Shown here: in pieces, positions 1-7,885 of the stretch
Layout: each line of letters begins with the position of its first letter
Position numbering within the stretch: the first letter of the stretch is position 1
DNA from: a virus
Taxonomy: Duplodnaviria > Caudoviricetes
IMG/VR virus record: IMGVR_UViG_3300020336_000019
Span: 1 to 38,729 of that record
Strand: one strand, 5' to 3'
DNA: 38,729 bases
Translations under genes and position numbers: made by a program
The notes under the pieces: generated by a model
Seen by the model: the letters and a program-made list of their open reading frames with translations, nothing else
The model's database searches: none
What the model was told of the DNA's origin: nothing

Positions 1-472
1 TGAAGCTATCCTGCAGCCCAAAATATACAGCGCGGTGGTATTGATAATAGAAAATGTGTCTATCGTTCAGAACCTGCGCTGCTGCCTCGTTCAGGCGCTC
101 GGCGAACTCGAGGTGCTGATCGTACTGGTCAGGGTCCTCTAGTGGCTCCCATGCTAGCCCTAGGATGCCTTGACCTAGGCTAAGCATCTCTAAGCGCCAC
201 CCTAGGCGGGCTACGCCCTCAGTCTCACCCGTGAGGGTGTCTCGTGAGATAACCGGGCTCTTAGTGTACTTTCCGGAGTCGATATCTTCGCGCTGCTGGC
301 GGTCCTCGTCGCGCTTAATCTTCACCCCTAAATGCTTCAGGCGCTGTTGCGCTTGGTGCAATAGATCGAGCTCGTGCAACTCGGTCAACTTCTGCGCTTT
401 GATCTTCCAACCTAGGCGCCACTCGTGTTCCTGTCCGTCCATCTTGGATCGGCTCTCGTTCTTGGTAGTCAT
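1..472 (-). CDS. Hypothetical early protein, N-terminal part; runs off the window start and continues at 38729
   Basis: ATG at 472 with GGAGG SD (complement of 481-485). 157 open codons MTTKNESRSK...YFGLQDSF with no stop before base 1. Absent from the ORF track because the stop lies across the junction. Confidence 0.8.
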   Translation of the reverse strand, partial: MTTKNESRSKMDGQEHEWRLGWKIKAQKLTELHELDLLHQAQQRLKHLGVKIKRDEDRQQREDIDSGKYTKSPVISRDTLTGETEGVARLGWRLEMLSLGQGILGLAWEPLEDPDQYDQHLEFAERLNEAAAQVLNDRHIFYYQYHRAVYFGLQDSF

Positions 473-778
473 TTGACTAACCTCCATTCACTACCCTCTA
501 AGAATACTCGACTGGGTCAAGTCTGGAATATCCCTAGCACTCGCTCGGCTCGCTTCGCGTGTAGTCGTGAGCGGTCCGCCAGTGCTTGCGACGGGTTGCG
601 CTGCTTTTTCGCGCTTGCTCTGGATCGTCGGTTCGTGTCTTGGTCTGGCGTTACCTAGGCAGGTCTATGGGTGGCAGGTCAAAAGCCCAACCCCCCCTCC
701 CCTACTAAGGGAGAGGTGTCCGACCACAAAACCTGCATACAAATTTCTGAGAAATTCCAGGAAAAAATCCCTAGGTAC

Positions 779-808
779 TTGCGGTTTGCTAGTACTTTGT
801 TCTACACT
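779..808 (+). promoter_or_regulatory. Putative sigma70 promoter for the rightward operon
   Basis: TTGCGG (779-784), 18 nt spacer, TACACT (803-808), upstream of GGAGG SD (821-825) and ATG 830. Confidence 0.5.
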
Positions 809-817
809 TATGTTCTA
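797..817. promoter_or_regulatory. Candidate LexA-type operator
   Basis: CAC-TTAT-GTTCTA (805-817; minus strand AGAAC-ATAA-GTG) resembles GAAC-N4-GTTC boxes. TTGTTCTACA (797-806) recurs at 36371-36380. Confidence 0.4.
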
Positions 818-829
818 AATGGAGGCAAT

Positions 830-1270
830 ATGAAAAAAGACACACACAATACAGCAAGAAAAGCATATCAAGAATCAATAGACAACCAAATTTTATTTGA
901 AATTCCATTCGGAAACATTGGTTGTCACCTTGATTCAAATCAAAAACACGGTATCCCGGAGACAGGAAGAAATGGAATATCACCACTCGGTCTTGTAATA
1001 GAAAGTAATATACGAATACATAAAGACCCTAATACGAGCGAGCAAACCCAAGTAGGCGACAGGTTAGTTTTATATTCTGACAACATTCAGTCATTCATAG
1101 GGTTAATTCATTTAATGGAAATGACTCTACGTCTAGAGTGGGATGAAGCTCTTCAAACACGTATGGACGATGATCCAACACATCGATACGATTACCTAAA
1201 AATGCAAGCTATGTCGCAGTTTACTGAAGATAAAGTTGGATTTCCAGATTGGCCTGCTAAAAATGATTAA
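830..1270 (+). CDS. Hypothetical protein
   Basis: Start moved from 671 to ATG 830 because of GGAGG at 821-825. No recognised motif. Confidence 0.75.
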   Translation: MKKDTHNTARKAYQESIDNQILFEIPFGNIGCHLDSNQKHGIPETGRNGISPLGLVIESNIRIHKDPNTSEQTQVGDRLVLYSDNIQSFIGLIHLMEMTLRLEWDEALQTRMDDDPTHRYDYLKMQAMSQFTEDKVGFPDWPAKND

Positions 1271-1466
1271 AAATACTTCAAAGCTGTACTACAGCCTACG
1301 AGAAGCCTCAACGACGCTGGGTATATCAGAGAGTCAGCTATCTGGCCTTATAAAAACGGGGAAGATGAAAGCTTTCAAGCTTGGGTCAAAAATACTAATC
1401 CCGCGAGAAGCAGTCGAGAATATAGTACTTGAGCCATACCCGATAAAGGAAAATCATGACAAATAA
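1263..1466 (+). CDS. Excisionase-like helix-turn-helix DNA-binding protein (HTH_17 type)
   Basis: YYSLREASTTLGISESQLSGLIKTGKMKAFKLGSKILIPR pattern. ATG 1263 overlaps the upstream stop. Confidence 0.85.
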   Translation: MIKNTSKLYYSLREASTTLGISESQLSGLIKTGKMKAFKLGSKILIPREAVENIVLEPYPIKENHDK

Positions 1467-1680
1467 ACGAGAACGCGATGCTTTAACAGATGAACTTTTT
1501 AAAAAACCTTTGTTAAATTTAAGTGAAGTAGGGCTAATTCTGCGAATTAACAGAACTTCAGTATATAAATTAATAAAAAATAAATCACTTCGCGCAGGTA
1601 AGATTCCAACAATGCGAGCTTGGTTTGTTCAGCGTGAGGATCTTATGGATTTAATTGACAGGTCGTTACAAGGTGAATAG
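1456..1680 (+). CDS. Excisionase-like helix-turn-helix DNA-binding protein (HTH_17 type)
   Basis: LLNLSEVGLILRINRTSVYKLIKNKSLRAGKI..WFVQREDL pattern. AAGGA SD. Confidence 0.85.
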   Translation: MTNKRERDALTDELFKKPLLNLSEVGLILRINRTSVYKLIKNKSLRAGKIPTMRAWFVQREDLMDLIDRSLQGE

Positions 1681-1942
1681 CTACCAATTAGAAAAGATGC
1701 GTAGTGACAAAAAATACCACAAGATGCAGAATCTTTTTACTCAGATACTTTTTTACCAGCGAGAACATGGATTTTCCCCTTCATACAGGGACTTAATGAC
1801 TGCTACTGGCCTTAGCAGCACGTCTGTAGTTAAGTATTACCTCATTAAAATGCGGCACAATGGCTTAATCCGTTATGCTAATAACACTGCAAGAACCTTA
1901 CGAGTTACTGACGAAGGAAAAGAGGTGTTCCGTGTCAAATAG
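1673..1942 (+). CDS. LexA-type DNA-binding domain protein lacking the S24 peptidase domain
   Basis: HGFSPSYRDLMTATGLSSTSVVKYYL..M...GLIR....ARTL is the LexA N-terminal winged helix. The protein ends immediately after it. Start uncertain (GTG 1673 or ATG 1697). Confidence 0.85.
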   Translation: MNSYQLEKMRSDKKYHKMQNLFTQILFYQREHGFSPSYRDLMTATGLSSTSVVKYYLIKMRHNGLIRYANNTARTLRVTDEGKEVFRVK

Positions 1943-2348
1943 CGATTTAGTAGAGCGCATTGAAAAAGGGTACGGCGACTTAGACCGCGATTCAGTGCGT
2001 GACTTAGTGAAAGATGGCAAGTGGTCAGTCCAGGAAAACATCGACAAGCAGTTAGTTGTACGCGATGAGTCTGGTCATGTCGTTAAAGGCTCTCGATTTC
2101 CAACCAGTAAGATGCACGAGAACATGAAGCTGCTTCGCACTCAGTTGATGGACCAGATAATGGAAGAAGGTCATGCTGATTTATGGTACGGAAGCTTGAT
2201 GCAAGCGGTACAGAGCCGTGACGCACAGGCATTAACCATTTGGCGCGACACATTCTTAGGTAAGCCGTCTGAAGTGCAGGAAGAAGTAGACGTAATGGAC
2301 GTAGTCGCGTTGCTCCAGAAGTCAATGCGAGTAGTTGATGTTACCTAA
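1932..2348 (+). CDS. Putative terminase small subunit
   Basis: Directly upstream of the large terminase. RDESGHVVKG motif and C-terminal RDTFLGKP are typical of TerS-like proteins. GAGGTG SD before GTG 1932. Confidence 0.6.
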   Translation: MSNSDLVERIEKGYGDLDRDSVRDLVKDGKWSVQENIDKQLVVRDESGHVVKGSRFPTSKMHENMKLLRTQLMDQIMEEGHADLWYGSLMQAVQSRDAQALTIWRDTFLGKPSEVQEEVDVMDVVALLQKSMRVVDVT

Positions 2349-3699
2349 AAAGAAGGAAGACTGGTATCACCCGCTTTGGGAAGCCATGATGCCGGGAAAA
2401 GTAGCTTACGAGCCGTTTACTTGGCAAGAAGACCTTATTCACATCCCTGCGTCAGACCCGTTAAAGCACACAAGGATGATTGGCGCTTGCGGAAGACGTA
2501 GTGGTAAGACTACTGCCATTGTTGCAGAGGTTGTACGTGAAGCATTTACTGAAAGACGTGATGGTTCAAAGATACACCGCCCTTCAATGGTGTACGTTAT
2601 CGCTCCTAACTATGAGCTTGCCATGAAAATTTGGGAACCTATCTGGGAATTGTTCGTTCCAGACCACGGACCCCTTACTCAACTCAAAAAAGGCCATGAC
2701 AAGCAAAGAAAAATCATAGATTTAGCGCATGGTGGGCGAATTCAGGCCAAAACAGCAGACGATCCTAAGTCTTTGCAGGGTGATAGGGTTACCGCAGCCT
2801 TTGTTGACGAGGCACATGACATTAATGAAGAAGCATGGGCAAACTTTATGCCCGCATTAACAGATTCTAAGGGGGTACTGCGAGCAATCGGTATTGCTAA
2901 AGGCAAAAGTCGCTTTCGCTCCTACTTTCAGCGTGGATTAGACACTAATGAAGACCGTTTTAATGCATTTTCAGTTGCATCTACAGAAAATCCGTATATT
3001 GACCCTCAAGAATTAGAGTTGATGCGTGAAGACCTGACTGATAACGAGTTCAAGCAACAGTATTTAGCTGAGTGGGCAGAAGATGATGGGCAAGTCTTTA
3101 AAAGCAACGACGAATTGTTTGATGTAGAAGACTGGCAAATTTTTGACGGGCCGTTTTTGATGGGCTTAGACATTGGAAAGCTAAACGACTACACCGTTGC
3201 GTATGTAGTAGACATCCCAACCATGTCAGTTGTAGCTATGGACAGATTCAGTGGTCTTGATTACACAGTGCTTGTACCTCGCGTGACAAACCTGTTTCAT
3301 TCGTTTGCATGTCAGACAATTCACACTGATGCGTCTGGTGTAGGTGAGCCTGTAGTCGATATGTTGCGCCGTGAAGGGTGCTCAGTGTCGCCATTTAAAT
3401 TTACAAACCAATCAAAGGCAAAGATAATCTCTGGGTTAGCTGCCGAAATCGAGCATAAGAGAGTACACTTCTTAAAGAACGACGAACAATTGCGTAAAGA
3501 ATTAAATCTTTATGAGGGTAAAGTTATGGCAGGTGGACAGATTAGATACTCTGCTCCAGTCGGGTATCATGACGATTGCGTAATAGCATTAGCTCTGGCT
3601 GTTGAAAAAGCAAAGAAGCGACGCAATACATCGCGTGGAGCGAACGCTGGTTCGTATTTAACTTTTTCAGAATCTGAACCCTGGATGCGGAGGTGGTAA
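2338..3699 (+). CDS. terL: Terminase large subunit
   Basis: Walker A GRRSGKT, Walker B AAFVDEA, ENPYI, QQYLAEW, and nuclease motifs GLDIG, DASGVG, HDDCVIALALA. Confidence 0.95.
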   Translation: MLPKKKEDWYHPLWEAMMPGKVAYEPFTWQEDLIHIPASDPLKHTRMIGACGRRSGKTTAIVAEVVREAFTERRDGSKIHRPSMVYVIAPNYELAMKIWEPIWELFVPDHGPLTQLKKGHDKQRKIIDLAHGGRIQAKTADDPKSLQGDRVTAAFVDEAHDINEEAWANFMPALTDSKGVLRAIGIAKGKSRFRSYFQRGLDTNEDRFNAFSVASTENPYIDPQELELMREDLTDNEFKQQYLAEWAEDDGQVFKSNDELFDVEDWQIFDGPFLMGLDIGKLNDYTVAYVVDIPTMSVVAMDRFSGLDYTVLVPRVTNLFHSFACQTIHTDASGVGEPVVDMLRREGCSVSPFKFTNQSKAKIISGLAAEIEHKRVHFLKNDEQLRKELNLYEGKVMAGGQIRYSAPVGYHDDCVIALALAVEKAKKRRNTSRGANAGSYLTFSESEPWMRRW

Positions 3700-5562
3700 A
3701 TGGTATCTACAGAATACGAATCATATGACTCTATGGACAATGATTTTAATAGATTCCTCATGCTTAAGCGTGAAGTGTACGGAAACTACTTTGCAGCCGT
3801 AGACTTAGACAACGATTATTACAATCTTGATTATCCAAACAAGACGCAGATTATTCCAAGAGAATGGATTCAGCAGGGTATCGGCGCAACGATACCACCT
3901 ACCGCACGTAATGCTGTCGATAACCTTGCTGACCATATTTTGACTACGCCACATATTTTTGTGCCCGCTCGCCCAACTAACTCTGAGCAACAACAAGAAC
4001 AAGACCTAGCTGAACGGAAGCGTCAGTTTTTACGTTCATTCTGGGACCAAGTAAAAATTCAACAAGGCGACCCTATTTCGCAAGGCAAAAAGAAACTGAT
4101 TAAAGACGGTCGTATTATTCTTAAAAAGGCGTTACGTTGGGATTTAGTACCTGACCCTCCTAGCGATGATGCGTCACGGAAAGAAAAACTAGCGTACAGA
4201 CGCGAACTAAAAAAGCTAGGTGAGTCTGAATTTTTGTGGAGCATAATGAATTGCCCTACAGAAACAATCATTGAAGACCCTAGTGATTGCTATGACCCTA
4301 AGTATGTATACGAGTTTTATAAAATATACGCTGGCGATGCACGTCGCATGTATGGATTGGATGATCACCTTGCCGACTATAAAGACACAGACAAAGTGGA
4401 ATACGTCGAGATGTGGACAAAGCCTCATGGTGACAGCCCCGGCGAGTACGTAATTTGGTGTAAGGGTGAGCGCGTTCACGAAGGTATTAATCCATACCAT
4501 TGGGAAACTGCACGTTCGACAGAAGAAAACCCTGTGTACTCAGGCTATGTACCATACGTTATTCGAGATTCTGGATGGGGAGAAATTTCTGCTGAAGCTA
4601 AACCAGAAGAAAAGTACGTAGGCATTCTGCGTTATGTACATCCAATGCTTGAAACTGAAGCTAGACAGCTTACAGCCGTTGACATCCAAATGAGATTTTC
4701 TACATTTGCTCCAGTTATTACTAAAAATATTTCTGAAGACAACGATGCACCGATTGAGATTGGCCCTGGAAAGCGCATTAATCTTATGGATGATCAGGAA
4801 ATTAGATTTGAAAGTCTTCCTGAAATTCCAATGAGTGCCTTTAATTTAATTAACAAAGTACACGATTACACTAACGAATTATCTAAAGCAAGTATTTTGT
4901 CTGGTAATGTGCAGCGTGGAGTAGAGACTGCTACTGAAGCTGACATGAATGTGCGTAACGCCGCAGCTAAGCTAGAAGGTCCAAATAACTCATTGCGTTC
5001 GGCAGTAACAGTAATGAATCGTCGTATTTTGCAATGTATTGAAAATATTTTAGAAGCTCCAGTTACTGTGTTCGGAGGTATTAAAGGTGCGCCTAGTTCA
5101 ATTAGTATTAAACCAAATGAGATATCTGGGTATTATGAAACCTACGTGGAATTCTATACTTCAGACCAAGCGGCCCTCGATGCAAGAAATGCTCGACTCT
5201 GGGCTGACTTATACGCCGTCTACCAAGGAACCCTTTCACCTCAAACCGCAATGGAGAAGGGTGGTATTGAAAACCCACAAGAAGAAATGATGAAGGCTGC
5301 AGTAGCTCGATTGTTCTTGTCCGAACCTGCAGAGCAAGTGCGTACACTTATGATGTTGCAAGGACTTAATACAACTGCTGAAGATGTGTTAATTTCATAT
5401 AGAAACAACTTACTTGGGGAGTCATTAAACGAAATGCCCGGAGGCGCACCTACGCAAAACCAGCGACCGTCTATGCAGCAGATGTTTGACCCAACACAAC
5501 CTGTTGTTGAAGAAGCGCAAGAGAATGTACAGGTAGACCAAATACAGGAGATGTTTAGATAA
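3700..5562 (+). CDS. Portal protein
   Basis: 620 aa directly after TerL. G...RGVETATE motif characteristic of podovirus portals. Q/E-rich tail. Confidence 0.85.
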   Translation: MVSTEYESYDSMDNDFNRFLMLKREVYGNYFAAVDLDNDYYNLDYPNKTQIIPREWIQQGIGATIPPTARNAVDNLADHILTTPHIFVPARPTNSEQQQEQDLAERKRQFLRSFWDQVKIQQGDPISQGKKKLIKDGRIILKKALRWDLVPDPPSDDASRKEKLAYRRELKKLGESEFLWSIMNCPTETIIEDPSDCYDPKYVYEFYKIYAGDARRMYGLDDHLADYKDTDKVEYVEMWTKPHGDSPGEYVIWCKGERVHEGINPYHWETARSTEENPVYSGYVPYVIRDSGWGEISAEAKPEEKYVGILRYVHPMLETEARQLTAVDIQMRFSTFAPVITKNISEDNDAPIEIGPGKRINLMDDQEIRFESLPEIPMSAFNLINKVHDYTNELSKASILSGNVQRGVETATEADMNVRNAAAKLEGPNNSLRSAVTVMNRRILQCIENILEAPVTVFGGIKGAPSSISIKPNEISGYYETYVEFYTSDQAALDARNARLWADLYAVYQGTLSPQTAMEKGGIENPQEEMMKAAVARLFLSEPAEQVRTLMMLQGLNTTAEDVLISYRNNLLGESLNEMPGGAPTQNQRPSMQQMFDPTQPVVEEAQENVQVDQIQEMFR

Positions 5563-5855
5563 TGGCTGGTGAATTATCAAATGCAATGCATGAAGTAGCC
5601 GCTTCTGCGTTAGCATTAAACTCTAAAGCACTGCTTTACATTGCGGATGCGTTTGCAACTGAAGATTATATTGATTTAACGAAATGGTCATTTGAAGAAA
5701 TGTATCAAGTATTTGACGCACATGGGCATGGAAATGACTTACGATATTGTCAGGATGAATTTTGCTTACAGGCTAGAGGTGTAATAAATAACATCGTTGC
5801 TGAACAAACACAAGCAATTCAATCATCGCTCTTGCAATCTCAAGGGGGTCGCTAA
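5562..5855 (+). CDS. Hypothetical protein
   Basis: TAATG coupling on both sides. Contains H-G-H...C...C. Confidence 0.75.
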   Translation: MAGELSNAMHEVAASALALNSKALLYIADAFATEDYIDLTKWSFEEMYQVFDAHGHGNDLRYCQDEFCLQARGVINNIVAEQTQAIQSSLLQSQGGR

Positions 5856-7885
5856 TGACTGCTGCTGAATTCTTAAAAAAATTACGTGCGGCTATTAATG
5901 CTGAAAGTAAAAGACACCATAAACAAACTGACGCCCCACAAAAATGGAGTCCAATAAAAGATGAGCAATTTAATGAATTGCTTACTAATAATAACGAATT
6001 CTCTATTGAAGAAATAAATGGAGCCTTAGCAGCGATATCAGAACTTGATGCAAGTAATGAAATATTTAATAATCTTCAAACTACACTAATTGAGTCTATT
6101 GAACGTCCTGGAAAAACAATAATGTGGTATCCAGATCGAGATTGGGAATTATCTACTCCGTGGTCTGAAATAATAATTGGTGGTGGCATTACTGAAGAAA
6201 TTGGTAATGGTAAATGGTCTTCGTTTCAAGATAAATATCTTCCTATCACTAACGGGAGATTTGAATTACCTGATAATTTTTCACCAACAAAAGGTGCTGA
6301 CCTTGAATTAGATAAAGAAATTATTAGAGATATTCAAAGTAAAGCTAAGTCAATACAAGACGCATTAAAACAAAATTATCTTGCTCAATTGCGGATTAAT
6401 CCTAATGCTACAGATGATGAAATATTTAGATCGCTATTGCTTGGAGGACCAAGCGGTTTGCTTGAATCTGATGTTTCTGGGATTAGTACAGGTAGCTTAT
6501 TAGACTATTTGCCTGAATTAATAATGCCTCAAACAATAGAAGCTTATCAAGGTGGAGCTACAGGAGGAAGATTCCCTGACGGCACACCTTCAAGTATTAT
6601 AGGTGATACGTATACTGACAGCGCAGGTAATGTAAGAAACAACAATAGTTACAGGCCCGGAACTGCAGATATTCCTCATGTTGTTACAAATCGTAATGGT
6701 AAAGAAACATACTACGATGAAAACTGGCAAGAAGTTCCAGCACCGCGTAAAGATGTAGGCCCTGTTGCCTTTGAACCTGATTCTCGGTATTTTGAGCGCG
6801 ATCCTGTTACTGGCGAATGGAAATTAAATGAAGCATTAAGCAATCTGCCATTAGGTGAACAGGCTCAATTTGATAATAGATTTAAATTAGCTGAAGAAGC
6901 AATGTCTAATATTCAAAAAGGTGGTCAACTAGGAATAAACTTTGCTGCACAAGATTTAAAAGGACGAGAATATCTTGACGATATGCTTCGAGATCCCGGC
7001 ATGTCTCTTGCGCGTATGGCTAATTTTCGTGGTGACCCTCAATGGAAAGGTGGTCGATTTGGAGGTGTAAGCGCTGCAGACAGATTTAACGATTATCAAA
7101 ATTATTATGGCGGTTTAAACGAACAGCTTCGTAATTTATTTGCTAATCAAGGATTATTTAATCCTCCGCCCGCAACTACAGGTCCTGCGTTTCCAGGAAC
7201 TATTCCACCTCCTGCGGGCGGTCCCGGTCCAGTTACTACAGATCCAAACACAACATTTGTACCACCACCAATCGATCCTAATCCGGGGCCTACAAATCCA
7301 CCAAAGCGGCCATTTGTTCCTACTCCAGTAAATCCTAATCCAGGACCTACAAATCCACCAGTAAGACCTCCACAGTCGCAAATATTTACAGTGCCACCTC
7401 AACCACCAATATCTCCTGGAACTATTCCTCCGCCGGGAGGCGGACCTAGTGCTGGGTTACCATCTGGACCTAGTTTTCCGGGCACTGTTCCACCTCCGGG
7501 AACTACTCCTTCATTTCCGGGAAGTACTCCACCTCCTGCGGGAGGGTCGCCTATTCCGCCACCACCTGTAGTGCCACCGGGAGGTCCAGGAAATTTGCCA
7601 CCACCACCAAATATTATTACCCCACCTCCTGTTGGAAAAGGTCCTCCTATTTTTAAAGGTCCGGGAAATTCACCGCCTCCACCAATGAATGTACCTCCAG
7701 CAATCGATATTGGGAGTGATAAAGGAGTATTTAATCCTCCGGGTTCAGTAAAAACTTCTGGAAATAGATTTGCAACAGGTAGCGCATTAAATAATTTTAT
7801 GGCTCAGTTAGCGAAAGAAAAAGAAAATAATAGAAAACTTCGCTTACGACCTCCTGTAACTAGTAGAAGGGGGTCATTCGGATAA
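5855..7885 (+). CDS. Putative ejection/internal virion protein with a long Pro-rich repeat region
   Basis: Lies between portal and scaffold among low-complexity genes. About 190 aa Pro/Gly tract and a basic C-terminus. Confidence 0.55.
   Translation: MTAAEFLKKLRAAINAESKRHHKQTDAPQKWSPIKDEQFNELLTNNNEFSIEEINGALAAISELDASNEIFNNLQTTLIESIERPGKTIMWYPDRDWELSTPWSEIIIGGGITEEIGNGKWSSFQDKYLPITNGRFELPDNFSPTKGADLELDKEIIRDIQSKAKSIQDALKQNYLAQLRINPNATDDEIFRSLLLGGPSGLLESDVSGISTGSLLDYLPELIMPQTIEAYQGGATGGRFPDGTPSSIIGDTYTDSAGNVRNNNSYRPGTADIPHVVTNRNGKETYYDENWQEVPAPRKDVGPVAFEPDSRYFERDPVTGEWKLNEALSNLPLGEQAQFDNRFKLAEEAMSNIQKGGQLGINFAAQDLKGREYLDDMLRDPGMSLARMANFRGDPQWKGGRFGGVSAADRFNDYQNYYGGLNEQLRNLFANQGLFNPPPATTGPAFPGTIPPPAGGPGPVTTDPNTTFVPPPIDPNPGPTNPPKRPFVPTPVNPNPGPTNPPVRPPQSQIFTVPPQPPISPGTIPPPGGGPSAGLPSGPSFPGTVPPPGTTPSFPGSTPPPAGGSPIPPPPVVPPGGPGNLPPPPNIITPPPVGKGPPIFKGPGNSPPPPMNVPPAIDIGSDKGVFNPPGSVKTSGNRFATGSALNNFMAQLAKEKENNRKLRLRPPVTSRRGSFG
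7163..7700 (+). repeat. Pro-rich coding repeats (PGTIPPP, PNPGPTNPP, PSFPG)
   Basis: ATCCTAATCCRGGRCCTACAAATCCACCA at 7275 and 7332 (57 nt period). CCACCTCCTGCGGG at 7205 and 7529. Confidence 0.85.

Noticed and set aside
231-818. Plus-strand ORFs 231-476, 425-658, 567-818 and the 671 start
   Set aside because: Shadow ORFs opposite the SD-bearing minus-strand gene or in the skewed non-coding region. The real start is ATG 830.
1263-1680. Integration/excision module
   Set aside because: No tyrosine or serine recombinase and no att-like site recognised.
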